Source: Cyclobacteriaceae bacterium (GTDB taxonomy: Bacteria > Bacteroidota > Bacteroidia > Cytophagales > Cyclobacteriaceae). Taken from it: a DNA stretch of 64,000 nucleotides. Shown here piece after piece: positions 39,749 to 48,694 of the stretch; within the stretch, counting starts at the first letter, position 1; each line of letters begins with the position of its first letter. The notes beneath the pieces were generated by a model. That model had not been told where the DNA came from, did no database searches, and saw only the letters and a program-made list of their open reading frames with translations. The DNA is taken from assembly GCA_036787955.1 (NCBI GenBank), contig DAIQOI010000004.1, positions 169,794-233,793 of the forward strand, given 5' to 3'. The translations under genes were made by a program, and so were the position numbers.

Positions 39749-40144
39749 ATGGATAGAAAGATCGTTTTAATGTTTTTAGTGATTGTGCTGTTCATAACAA
39801 AATGTTCTAAGAGGGATAAAGTTGAAACGGGAGATAAGATAACAAGTCCTCTTGCTTCTTATGTAAAAAATCAAGATAAGAACTTTGATAGATCACTGCT
39901 GCAAGGTGTTTGGTGGTTAAATTTTGATGATAATAGTGCGCTTTTTTTTATCTCTGGTGATAGTTTGTATTATGCGGAAGATCAAAGCCAGCCTTTTTAC
40001 ATTCAGTTAAAAAGTGATACCTTAAAAATGCTAAGAGATAATCACGAGACTATTTTTCAGATAAAGACTTTGACTGAAGATTCACTTATTTTTTATGATC
40101 CCGCTTTGGATGAAGATATGGTACTTATGAAAAAGCAGAGATAG
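39749..40144 (+). CDS. Hypothetical lipoprotein (131 aa) encoded in a low-GC islet
   Basis: There is a signal/lipobox (VLFITKC). The composition is markedly AT-rich, with 17 G+C in the first 60 nt. I recognise no family. Confidence 0.6.
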   Translation: MDRKIVLMFLVIVLFITKCSKRDKVETGDKITSPLASYVKNQDKNFDRSLLQGVWWLNFDDNSALFFISGDSLYYAEDQSQPFYIQLKSDTLKMLRDNHETIFQIKTLTEDSLIFYDPALDEDMVLMKKQR

Positions 40145-40237
40145 AAAATCTCTGAAGCACTCGATATAGATAGAAATACAGTCTCGCGCTGGGTTTTGTT
40201 TTTAATAATGCTATTGGTTTTTTATTGATGACCCGGC

Positions 40238-40459
40238 GTGAATCCTGCAGTTTACGGAGCGAGTTCCACGGTAACACATTTTTTTGAAAGCGAGATAGGA
40301 TTTAATCCACTCTTGATAGGTGCTGTCATCGATCATAGTGGGCTTAATTATCCGCAGAATCTCCCACCCGAGAATTTGCGAAAAGAACAGTTGCCCGGTC
40401 TGATAAATGATTCCAGGTATTATCTTTTCTTCCCCGCAGCGAACACTGCAAAGGCTTAA
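40238..40459 (+). CDS. Doubtful small ORF (73 aa, GTG start), possibly a gene remnant
   Basis: It is the only ORF of 60 aa or more in the 354-nt gap. It has no recognisable motif. Its last 9 codons resemble the end of a mini-ORF at 39607..39678. Confidence 0.3.
   Translation: MNPAVYGASSTVTHFFESEIGFNPLLIGAVIDHSGLNYPQNLPPENLRKEQLPGLINDSRYYLFFPAANTAKA
40433..40459 (+). repeat. Right copy of the imperfect 27-nt direct repeat flanking the low-GC islet
   Basis: See the left copy. Both copies end in TAA, and in frame they read PAGDAAKA* and PAANTAKA*. Confidence 0.4.
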
Positions 40460-40498
40460 GTGGCCCGTTAATTAACAAGGTATTTGTAATGCAAGAAT

Positions 40499-41677
40499 TT
40501 ACCGAACAACTAAACGCAGGGTCTTCTGAAATCCAGGGGCACGATAGTGCAACATATATAAGCCCGATGCAAGACCCTCCAGCCGGTGCTCCTGCGCACG
40601 GCCGGGCAAAACCTGAAAACGCGATACCACCCGGCCGCTTACATCTGTTATCAGCACTTCATCATTCGGCGAAGGATTAAAATTAATCTCCCATCTCAGC
40701 GTTTTGTCTGTGACAGGATTGGGATAAATATGAACAACGGGCTGCGCATCATAAACAACCGTTACCACCCGAAAGTATTCATACGATCCATCATAGTCAA
40801 CAGCCTTTAACCGGTAGTAGTTGTTGCCAATAAAGGGCTTTTCGTCAACAAAGTAATAATCTCTCCTGGAATAAGAGTTGTAGCCTGATCCCTGAATCGT
40901 GCCGATGGGATAAAATTGAAAATCAGATGTAGCTTTCTCAATCTGAAAATAATCGAAATTTTCTTCCTTTTCTGTAGCCCATGAAAGTGTCACCACGTCA
41001 CTTTCCAGGGAAGCCAGGAAAAACAGCACCTTGACCGGTAAAGCATCACTGGTACAGAAATTACTTCCTGAGCCTTGTGTACATCCTCCACCAATTGTAA
41101 AAGATCCCGGCGGGCCTGTCAGGTTGGAATTGCTTCCCACATTTACCGTTCCGCCTACAGAAACGCCTCCTCCGCCCGTGATGGTCACATTGGTATTATT
41201 ACCACCGGTAAAATTGCCCTCTACGGTAAGAGAGCCTGAAACCGATAAGGAAGCATTGTTATTCATTATTATATTTCCCTTTACCACCATGGTTCCGGTA
41301 ACATTAAGGGTAAGGCTATTGCCAACCAACAGATTCCCCCAGATGATCAGCGTGCCGGCCACCGTAAGGGTACCGTTGTTGCTAACCGTAACATCCCGCG
41401 TATTGGAAAGATCACCCACATTCAGCGTTGCCCCGTTGTTGATGGTTATTCCCCCATTATTCCCCAGTGTCAGGTTGCCAATCGTGTAATTATATCCTGT
41501 TTGAATAAATGCCGTACGGTTGGAATTGATGGTTACACTTTCCGAAATGTTATCGCCAATATTGGACCCTGACCAGTTTGCAGCATTGTCCCAATTGCCG
41601 GTGGTGGTAAATATGGCCTGGGCCGGGACAACTGCTGATGAAAAGGTGAATAATAAAAAAACGAAATTTCTTACCAT
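40499..41677 (-). CDS. T9SS cargo protein: repetitive beta-helix-like N-region plus a type-A Por secretion C-terminal domain
   Basis: The signal peptide ends ...VVPAQA. Degenerate repeats rich in G/N/T/L/V follow (GTLTVAGTLIIWGNLLVGNSLTLNVTGTMVVKGN...). The C-terminus has IYPNPVTDK...GLYMLHY..., typical of T9SS sorting domains. Confidence 0.85.
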   Translation of the reverse strand: MVRNFVFLLFTFSSAVVPAQAIFTTTGNWDNAANWSGSNIGDNISESVTINSNRTAFIQTGYNYTIGNLTLGNNGGITINNGATLNVGDLSNTRDVTVSNNGTLTVAGTLIIWGNLLVGNSLTLNVTGTMVVKGNIIMNNNASLSVSGSLTVEGNFTGGNNTNVTITGGGGVSVGGTVNVGSNSNLTGPPGSFTIGGGCTQGSGSNFCTSDALPVKVLFFLASLESDVVTLSWATEKEENFDYFQIEKATSDFQFYPIGTIQGSGYNSYSRRDYYFVDEKPFIGNNYYRLKAVDYDGSYEYFRVVTVVYDAQPVVHIYPNPVTDKTLRWEINFNPSPNDEVLITDVSGRVVSRFQVLPGRAQEHRLEGLASGLYMLHYRAPGFQKTLRLVVR

Positions 41678-41733
41678 ACGTGTACAATCTGTTTCCGGCT
41701 ATAACCAGCCCTGAACCGGCTTTAAATAACCCG

Positions 41734-41741
41734 CAAATGTA
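41734..41741 (-). promoter_or_regulatory. Candidate -7 box (TAnnTTTG) for the T9SS cargo gene
   Basis: The minus strand reads TACATTTG, 56 nt upstream of the start at 41677. Confidence 0.35.
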
Positions 41742-41799
41742 AGAAATTACGCCGGGGATTTTAAATTGCCGTTCGTAAAAAAAATTATTCACACAGCAT

Positions 41800-43248
41800 T
41801 TGGGCTCAATTAAAAAACTTGCAGGCGAAACCGTGCTTTACGGAATGGGCACCATTGTGCCTCGGATTTTTAATTTCCTGCTGCTGCCCCTGCATACTTC
41901 GGTCTTTCACCCCGCTCAATATGGCGTAATTACCTATCTGTACGCATTTGCCGCATTTTTAAATGTGGTATACCTGTGGGGCATGGAGACCGCCTATTTC
42001 CGCTTTGCTACCCGTAAAGAATCCGATGCCCGCCATGTATTTAATGTATCCGTCACTGCAGTAATAGCCGTCAGCACGGTTATTTCGGCAGCGCTCATTG
42101 TGTTTCGGGCGGCAGTAGCTCATGTGCTTCAGATTGAGAACGGTGCGCACTACATTACCTGGCTGGCCGCCATCCTGTGGATTGATGCTGTGGTTGCGAT
42201 TCCTTTTGCACGGCTGCGGCTTGAGCGCAAGCCGCTGCGATTTGCCCTGGCTAAAATTAGCAACATCATCCTTCTGGTTCTGCTGAATGTGTACTTTTTG
42301 CTTTACCGCTATGAGCCGCAAACCGGCATCGGATATGTGTTTATTGCTAACCTGCTGGCAAATGCATTGTTTGTTTTGTTTTTTACTCCCTGGTTAGCGC
42401 AATGGAGGCCGCGTTTGGATCGGCACATCACACCCCACATGCTCCGATACGCCACCCCGGTCATGTTTACCGGCCTGGCAGGCATGACCAACGAAATGTT
42501 TTCACGCATGACTTTAAGCTGGTGGCTGCCGGAAAATTTTTATCCCGGACGCGATGCACAGTATGCACTGGGTGTTTTTGGCGCCTGCTACAAATACGCA
42601 GTATTGATGAACCTTGCCGTACAGGCATTTCGCTATGCCGCAGAACCATTTTTCTTTTCAAATGCCGAAAACAGACAGGCCCCGGAATTATTTGCCCGCA
42701 TAAATCATTACTTCGTTGTGGTGTGTTCGGTCATTCTTGTGGCAGTGAGTGTAAACCTTGATGCCTTGCGCTTCCTGCTGGGCGATGAGCAATATTACGA
42801 AGGTCTGGTTATCGTTCCGGTGCTGTTACTGGCTTATTTGTTCCTAGGCGTGTACTATAACTTCTCTGTGTGGTTTAAAGTCACCGACAAGACTTATTTC
42901 GGTACACTTTTTACTGTTGGCGGTGCCATCATTACCATCGTTGCCAATTACCTGCTCATACCTTTGTGGGGTTATGTGGGCAGTGCAACAGCCGCCTTAT
43001 TATGTTACGCTGGCATGATGGTTGCCTGTTACTTATACGGTCAAAAATACTATCCCATCCCCTACACGGTTGGTAAATCGCTCATTTACATTATGTCGGC
43101 TGCAGGATTCAGTTACCTGGTTACGTGGTTTGATTTTTTCAACCAGGCAATGGCCCACCTTTTTCACGGGGGGGCAACTTTGGTTTTCATAACAGCAGTC
43201 TGGCTCATTGAACGCAGCAGCCTTAAGCAACTGCACAGGGCCCAATGA
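41800..43248 (+). CDS. Polysaccharide/oligosaccharide flippase (MOP/Wzx-like) family membrane protein
   Basis: About 12-14 TM segments are visible. The N-terminus KKLAGETVLYGMGTIVPRIFNFLLLPLHT is typical of Bacteroidota 'lipopolysaccharide biosynthesis protein' flippases. The start is TTG. Confidence 0.7.
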   Translation: MGSIKKLAGETVLYGMGTIVPRIFNFLLLPLHTSVFHPAQYGVITYLYAFAAFLNVVYLWGMETAYFRFATRKESDARHVFNVSVTAVIAVSTVISAALIVFRAAVAHVLQIENGAHYITWLAAILWIDAVVAIPFARLRLERKPLRFALAKISNIILLVLLNVYFLLYRYEPQTGIGYVFIANLLANALFVLFFTPWLAQWRPRLDRHITPHMLRYATPVMFTGLAGMTNEMFSRMTLSWWLPENFYPGRDAQYALGVFGACYKYAVLMNLAVQAFRYAAEPFFFSNAENRQAPELFARINHYFVVVCSVILVAVSVNLDALRFLLGDEQYYEGLVIVPVLLLAYLFLGVYYNFSVWFKVTDKTYFGTLFTVGGAIITIVANYLLIPLWGYVGSATAALLCYAGMMVACYLYGQKYYPIPYTVGKSLIYIMSAAGFSYLVTWFDFFNQAMAHLFHGGATLVFITAVWLIERSSLKQLHRAQ

Positions 43249-45056
43249 AAAACCCTATCTTTGTCCGTTCCATGTTCATGCTGGTTTTCTCTCGTTGCAA
43301 TCTGTGGCTGGTGCGGCTCTTTGCGCTTACCGGAGTGCTGCTTTTTTCTATCCTTGCTTATCCGCAGAAACGAAAGCGCCCCAACGAACAGGCACTGGCC
43401 AGCGTTAAATCGCGCGAAGCAGAATTTTACTTTACAGAGGCTGAAAAGTTTTTTATGCTGGAAGATTATGCCAAGGCCCTGGTGTATTATCAAAAGGTAT
43501 TGGACATCCAGCCCGCTAACGCCACCGTGCATTACCGCATGGCCGAAGTGTTTTTGCGCAGCAACCTGCCGGATGATTTGCAACGAGCTGCCCAAAGCAT
43601 TGAAACCGCGCTTCGTTACGAACGGAAAAATAAATATTTCTATTTGCTGGGCGCCAACATCTATCTCAGTCTTGCCCGCTACGACCAGGCTGCACGTCTT
43701 TACGAAGCCATGATGAGCGAGATACCCGGCACGGAAGAATACCTGTATGAACTGGCTGGCGTGTACAGATACGGCAACCGGACAGAAGATGCCATCAAAG
43801 TGTATAACCGTGCCGAACAGATTTTCGGGGTAACTGAAAATTCTTCCATCCCCAAACAACAGTTGTATCTGGAAGCCGGCAAAATAAAAGAAGCGCTTTC
43901 CGAAGGCGAGAAACTGGTAAAAACTTTCCCGGACGAAGAGCGCTATGCGGTAGGTTATGCCGAAATGCTGTCGCGTTATAACCAGAAAAACCAGGCGGTT
44001 GTGCTGCTCGAGTCCTTTCTGGAAAACAACCCACAGGCACCCAACGCATCCCTGCTGCTTGCCGGATTGTACCGCGATATTCAACAGGAAGATAAAGCCC
44101 GGATACTGATAAACAGCTTGTTTGATAATCCGGAGGTGGAACTAAACAGTAAACTTATTGTACTGAACACCTACATCGAAGAACTGAACCGCCTGAAAAA
44201 CAGCAACCAGAGCGATAAAAATCTAAAAGTTTTTGTATTGCAGCTATTTGAAAAACTGAAGAAGTTATATCCGGACGAGACCCCTATCCAGATTATCGGT
44301 GGAGACCTGTACCAGGCAGTGGGCAACACCAGCGAGGCTATATCGCTTTACCAGGAAGCAACAAAAAAGGGATCGGTTAATTTCGAGGTGTGGCACAACC
44401 TTATCTACCTTGAAATTCAGTCAGGCAATTATGAACCGGCTATACGGCACTGCAACGAAGCTTTGGAATATTATCCAAACCAGGCATTGCTCTATTACTT
44501 CAATGGCCTGGCACACCTGCGCAGGCGCATGTACCCGCAAGCGGCTTCTTTACTGGAGCACGGCAAAAAACTAACCGGCAGCAATCCGGCACTGGTAGTT
44601 GATTTTCTTGCCTTGTTGGGCGAAGCCTATAACGGTACGCGCGAATATGACAAATCGGATAAAGCATTCGAGGAAGCACTGGCACTAAACCCGAACAACG
44701 AAATTGTGATGAACAACTACAGCTACTATCTGGCGCTGCGCGGTGCAAACCTTGACCGGGCAGAGAAACTTTCGGCACAACTCATTAAAAACAATCCTGA
44801 TAATCCTTCTTTCCTGGACACACACGCCTGGGTGTTGTACAAACAGAAGAAGTACCGTGAGGCGCGTAAAATGATGGAGCGCGTTATTGGCAGCGGTAAG
44901 GCCAATGCCACTCATTTAGAACATTTCGGCGACATTCTGTATCAACTGGGCGATGTGGATTTAGCCGTGCAGTATTGGAAAAAAGCCCGCGAGCAATCGG
45001 GCTCCCCCAATGAATTACTCGACAAAAAAATTGCTAACCGGAAATTATATGAATAA
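43245..45056 (+). CDS. TPR repeat protein (603 aa) with an N-terminal membrane anchor
   Basis: There are multiple TPR units. The ATG overlaps the flippase stop (ATGA). Confidence 0.85.
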   Translation: MKNPIFVRSMFMLVFSRCNLWLVRLFALTGVLLFSILAYPQKRKRPNEQALASVKSREAEFYFTEAEKFFMLEDYAKALVYYQKVLDIQPANATVHYRMAEVFLRSNLPDDLQRAAQSIETALRYERKNKYFYLLGANIYLSLARYDQAARLYEAMMSEIPGTEEYLYELAGVYRYGNRTEDAIKVYNRAEQIFGVTENSSIPKQQLYLEAGKIKEALSEGEKLVKTFPDEERYAVGYAEMLSRYNQKNQAVVLLESFLENNPQAPNASLLLAGLYRDIQQEDKARILINSLFDNPEVELNSKLIVLNTYIEELNRLKNSNQSDKNLKVFVLQLFEKLKKLYPDETPIQIIGGDLYQAVGNTSEAISLYQEATKKGSVNFEVWHNLIYLEIQSGNYEPAIRHCNEALEYYPNQALLYYFNGLAHLRRRMYPQAASLLEHGKKLTGSNPALVVDFLALLGEAYNGTREYDKSDKAFEEALALNPNNEIVMNNYSYYLALRGANLDRAEKLSAQLIKNNPDNPSFLDTHAWVLYKQKKYREARKMMERVIGSGKANATHLEHFGDILYQLGDVDLAVQYWKKAREQSGSPNELLDKKIANRKLYE

Positions 45057-45801
45057 TCTGTTCCGGGCCTCCCTCTTGGTTTTCGTGGTAACGCTGGCCG
45101 GATGCAGCCGCAAAACATTTGTTTGGCATACCGGTTCGCCCAAAGAATCGCTGGCCATCGAAGAAATCGACTTTGAATATTTTCACGGTCGTGCCCGGAT
45201 GGTACTGAAGGACGGCAACAAAGAACGCGAAGTAAAGGCCAACATACGCGTAAGGAAAGACAGCGTGATCTGGATGAATTTTACCGTTGTAGGCGTGCAG
45301 GGAGGGCGGGCATTGATTAACCGCGACTCAATCACCATTGTCAGCAATGTGGATAAAGAATACTATGTGTTCGAGTATGACGAGTTATCAAGGCGTTTTA
45401 ACTTCGAAGTAAATTATCAGGTCATCCAGTCGGCCCTGCTGGGCAATCTGCTTATTCCCCGAAAAGAGGAGGACGAAGTAGAAGCAAAAAGCGCTACTTA
45501 CCTTTTGCGTCAGCATTCAGGTAATATCGAAGTGTTAAATTACATCAGCGCCACCACCATGAAAATCCAGAAAGTGGAGATGCGGGAATCCAACACCCAC
45601 AACACACTCACCATTAATTACGGAAACTTTCAACCGGTGGGTTCCAAAATCTTTCCCTACAACGGAACCATTACCCTATTGTACAAAAGCCCCAATGGTT
45701 TACTTAATACAACTATTATTTTTGAGTACAACAAAGCAGAAGTAGGCGATAAAGAGCTGAAGTTTCCCTTCAATATTCCAAAAAAATATGATCGCAGGTA
45801 G
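45049..45801 (+). CDS. DUF4292 (LolB-like fold) lipoprotein
   Basis: The internal ATG gives MNNLFRASLLVFVVTLAGCSRK, which contains a lipobox. It overlaps the upstream TPR gene by 8 nt. The TPR / DUF4292 / M23 order is a conserved Bacteroidota arrangement as far as I recall. Confidence 0.7.
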   Translation: MNNLFRASLLVFVVTLAGCSRKTFVWHTGSPKESLAIEEIDFEYFHGRARMVLKDGNKEREVKANIRVRKDSVIWMNFTVVGVQGGRALINRDSITIVSNVDKEYYVFEYDELSRRFNFEVNYQVIQSALLGNLLIPRKEEDEVEAKSATYLLRQHSGNIEVLNYISATTMKIQKVEMRESNTHNTLTINYGNFQPVGSKIFPYNGTITLLYKSPNGLLNTTIIFEYNKAEVGDKELKFPFNIPKKYDRR

Positions 45802-46972
45802 GCGGCTGTCGGTACTCATCTTTTTGCTTATTGCCCTGCAGGCTTTTGCACAGCGCAAATCGAAGGAACAGCTTCAAAAAGAAAAGCAACAGCAACAGGA
45901 AAAGATCAAGCAGGTAGAAAAAATTCTTTCTGAAACTTCTTCCAGAAAGAAGAATACCCTTGGCGAACTCACTGCGTTAAATCAGCGCATACAAATACAG
46001 GAGGGTTTAATCCGGTCCATCAATGATGAAATCGCCCTGCTCAATCAGGAAATAGCCGAAAACAACAGTTTTGTTCAGGCACTGGAAGAAGATCTTAGCC
46101 GGCTTAAAAAAGAATATGCACAGATGCTTTTCGCTGCTCAAAAAGCCAACAGCAACCTAAACCGGCTTATCTTTTTATTTTCCAGCCGGTCGTTCGACCA
46201 GTTTCTCATGCGCCTGCAATACATGAAGCAGTATGCCGAACAACGCAAACTTCAGGCAGAAGCCATCACGAAAGTGCAGGAGGAACTGCTGAATCAGATC
46301 AAAGTAACCGAGGCGATAAGGGAAGAAAAGAATAAGCTATTGCAGGACGAAGTGGCCGAATCGCAGCGACTGGCCGAGTTGCGGAAAAAACAACAAACGG
46401 TGGTACGCAGCCTGGAAAAAGAAGAAAAAAAACTGCGGCGCGATTTGGAGGAAACGCGAAAAGCCATCGCCCAGCTCGACAAACTCATCACCGACATCGT
46501 GCGCGAAGAGATGGAACGCGCTGCCCGCGAGGCACGCAACCGCACCGCATCGGCAGCTGCATTATCGGGTTCATTTGAAGAAAACCGGAAAAAGCTGGGC
46601 TGGCCGGTCAATGGCTTTGTAAGCATGAACTTCGGCCGTCAAAAACATCCAGCCCTCAAAGGCGTGGAAGTGGTGAACGAAGGTATCATCATTCAGACCG
46701 CCAAAGGCGAAAAAGTACGATCGGTATTTAATGGCGAAGTGCGCCAGGTGGCATTTATTCCCCCTTTCGGCAATTCGGTCATCATCAGCCACGGTGAATA
46801 TTATTCCATCTATGCCGGTTTGCGCGAAGTGTTTGTCAAGCGCGGCCAGCAGGTAACGGCCAACCAGGAAATCGGTGAAGTATTGTCCAACAGCGAAGGC
46901 ATCAGCGAACTGCGCTTTCAGATACGCAAAAACACTACCGCCCTCGACCCTATGCAATGGCTTAGAAATTAG
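45788..46972 (+). CDS. EnvC-like murein hydrolase activator / peptidase M23 with a long coiled coil
   Basis: About 250 aa are rich in Q/E/K and look like coiled coil. The C-terminal LytM/M23 domain follows (GWPVNG..., GIIIQTAKGEKVRSVFNGEV, GNSVIISHGEYYSIYAGL). Confidence 0.85.
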   Translation: MIAGRRLSVLIFLLIALQAFAQRKSKEQLQKEKQQQQEKIKQVEKILSETSSRKKNTLGELTALNQRIQIQEGLIRSINDEIALLNQEIAENNSFVQALEEDLSRLKKEYAQMLFAAQKANSNLNRLIFLFSSRSFDQFLMRLQYMKQYAEQRKLQAEAITKVQEELLNQIKVTEAIREEKNKLLQDEVAESQRLAELRKKQQTVVRSLEKEEKKLRRDLEETRKAIAQLDKLITDIVREEMERAAREARNRTASAAALSGSFEENRKKLGWPVNGFVSMNFGRQKHPALKGVEVVNEGIIIQTAKGEKVRSVFNGEVRQVAFIPPFGNSVIISHGEYYSIYAGLREVFVKRGQQVTANQEIGEVLSNSEGISELRFQIRKNTTALDPMQWLRN

Positions 46973-47023
46973 GCTTTTATCCCGCCTGCGTAAATACTTG
47001 GGTTGAATTCATTTTTATTCCCG

Positions 47024-47031
47024 TATCTTTG
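47024..47031 (+). promoter_or_regulatory. Candidate -7 box (TAnnTTTG) for tatA-gatA
   Basis: TATCTTTG lies 19 nt upstream of ATG 47051. Confidence 0.45.
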
Positions 47032-47050
47032 CTGCGTAATCCGTTCTGTA

Positions 47051-47260
47051 ATGATAAATATCCTACTTATTGGAATGCCGGGTGCCGGAGAGTGGATCAT
47101 TATCGCCCTTGCCGTTCTCATCCTTTTTGGCGCTAAGAAAATACCTGAATTTGCCCGCGGCCTGGGCCGCGGCATACGCGAATTCAAGGATGCCGTTAAA
47201 GACGTGAAAAAGGAAGTGGACGAAGCAGGTAAGGAGGTTCCTAAAAAACTCGAAGAATAA
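47051..47260 (+). CDS. tatA: Twin-arginine translocase subunit TatA/E
   Basis: The motif GEWIIIALAVLILFGAKKIPEFARGLGRGIREFKDAVK is present. I trimmed the start to ATG 47051, and a TATCTTTG box lies 19 nt upstream. Confidence 0.85.
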   Translation: MINILLIGMPGAGEWIIIALAVLILFGAKKIPEFARGLGRGIREFKDAVKDVKKEVDEAGKEVPKKLEE

Positions 47261-47263
47261 GGG

Positions 47264-48694
47264 GTGTACGCCCACTATTCACTTCAGCAAATCCAGCACA
47301 TGATCCTGGCCGGCTCCCTTACCTGCCGGCAGGTTGTTCAGTACCACCTGCAACGAATAGAGCAGTACGCCCGACTGAACGCCTTTGCACGCGTGTATGC
47401 TGAGGAAGCCCTGCAACAGGCCGATTACATAGACCAAAAGATTCGATCGGGTAATGCCGGCAAACTTGCCGGACTAGTAGCCGGTATCAAAGACAACATT
47501 GTTTACAAAAATCACCCGGCTCAGGCCGCCAGTAAAATTCTTCAGGGTTTTACATCGCCTTATTCGGCAACAGCAGTACAACGGCTGGTTGATGAAGATG
47601 CCATCATCATCGGCCACCAGAACTGCGATGAGTTTGGCATGGGCTCTTCCAGCGAACATTCGGTGTACGGTGCCGTGCATAACGGCATTGATGAGCAACG
47701 CTCGGCCGGTGGTTCATCAGGCGGCTCGGCCGTAGCGGTGCAGATGGATATGTGCCGCGTTTCACTGGGCTCAGACACGGGTGGCTCTGTTCGTCAGCCG
47801 GCTTCCTTCTGCGGCATAATAGGACTTAAACCAACCTACGGCCGGATATCGCGCCATGGATTAATAGCTTACGGCTCATCACTGGATTGCATCGGAATAT
47901 TGGGCAACTCGGCAGAAGACATAGCCCTGGTGCTCGAGGTGATAGCCGGTGCAGATGAGTACGACCCCACCGCCTCGCAATGCCCGGTTGCGGCCTACAG
48001 CAAAATGCTGACACCGGAAAAGCGTAAAACCTGGCGCTTTGCCTATTTTCCTGAGATCATTGAATCAGCAGGACTGCAGCCTGAAGTAAAGGATAGCTTC
48101 ATCCGCATGCTCGAACTGATCCGGCAGCGGTGCATGGAAGTGCAGCCGGTTCACTTCCCGCTGTTCGATTACCTATTGCCCACCTATTATCTCATCGCCT
48201 CTGCCGAAGCCAGTTCCAACCTGTCGCGTTATGATGGTGTACGGTATGGTTTTCGCAGCCATGACACAACCGATATAGAATCGCTGTACAAAAAAACACG
48301 AACAGAGGGTTTTGGAAACGAAGTGAAGCGCAGAATCATGCTGGGCAATTTCGTGCTTACTTCCGATTACTTTGATGCCTACTACACCAAAGCACAGCGT
48401 GTGCGAAGGCTTATCCACGATGAAACCTTAAAAATTCTGAAAGACTTTGATTTCATCGTTACACCAACAGCGCCCACTGCAGCGTTTAAACTCGGACAAA
48501 AAGAGACAGACCCGGTGCAACGTTACCTGGCCGACCTCTTCTCGGTACAAGCCAATGTGGCAGGAATACCGGCAATTTCCGTACCTTGCGGAAAGGATCA
48601 GACCGGCATGCCCATTGGTTTACAGCTTATGGGCCGTGCTTTTGAAGAAGAAAAACTGTTGCAGGCAGCACAATGGTTATCCGGAATAAAATAG
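47264..48694 (+). CDS. gatA: Glutamyl-tRNA(Gln)/aspartyl-tRNA(Asn) amidotransferase subunit A
   Basis: The amidase signature GGSSGGSAVAV, GSDTGGSVRQPASFCG and the KDN... catalytic Lys region are present. The start is GTG. Confidence 0.92.
   Translation: MYAHYSLQQIQHMILAGSLTCRQVVQYHLQRIEQYARLNAFARVYAEEALQQADYIDQKIRSGNAGKLAGLVAGIKDNIVYKNHPAQAASKILQGFTSPYSATAVQRLVDEDAIIIGHQNCDEFGMGSSSEHSVYGAVHNGIDEQRSAGGSSGGSAVAVQMDMCRVSLGSDTGGSVRQPASFCGIIGLKPTYGRISRHGLIAYGSSLDCIGILGNSAEDIALVLEVIAGADEYDPTASQCPVAAYSKMLTPEKRKTWRFAYFPEIIESAGLQPEVKDSFIRMLELIRQRCMEVQPVHFPLFDYLLPTYYLIASAEASSNLSRYDGVRYGFRSHDTTDIESLYKKTRTEGFGNEVKRRIMLGNFVLTSDYFDAYYTKAQRVRRLIHDETLKILKDFDFIVTPTAPTAAFKLGQKETDPVQRYLADLFSVQANVAGIPAISVPCGKDQTGMPIGLQLMGRAFEEEKLLQAAQWLSGIK

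Noticed and set aside
40489-40680. A 63-aa plus-strand ORF at the edge of the low-GC islet.
   Set aside because: It is almost entirely antisense to the C-terminal T9SS sorting domain of the cargo gene, which is clearly the real frame.
43164-44084. A 306-aa minus-strand ORF.
   Set aside because: It lies antisense to the flippase end and the 603-aa TPR gene. It has no recognisable domain. It is a typical shadow of a TPR coding region.
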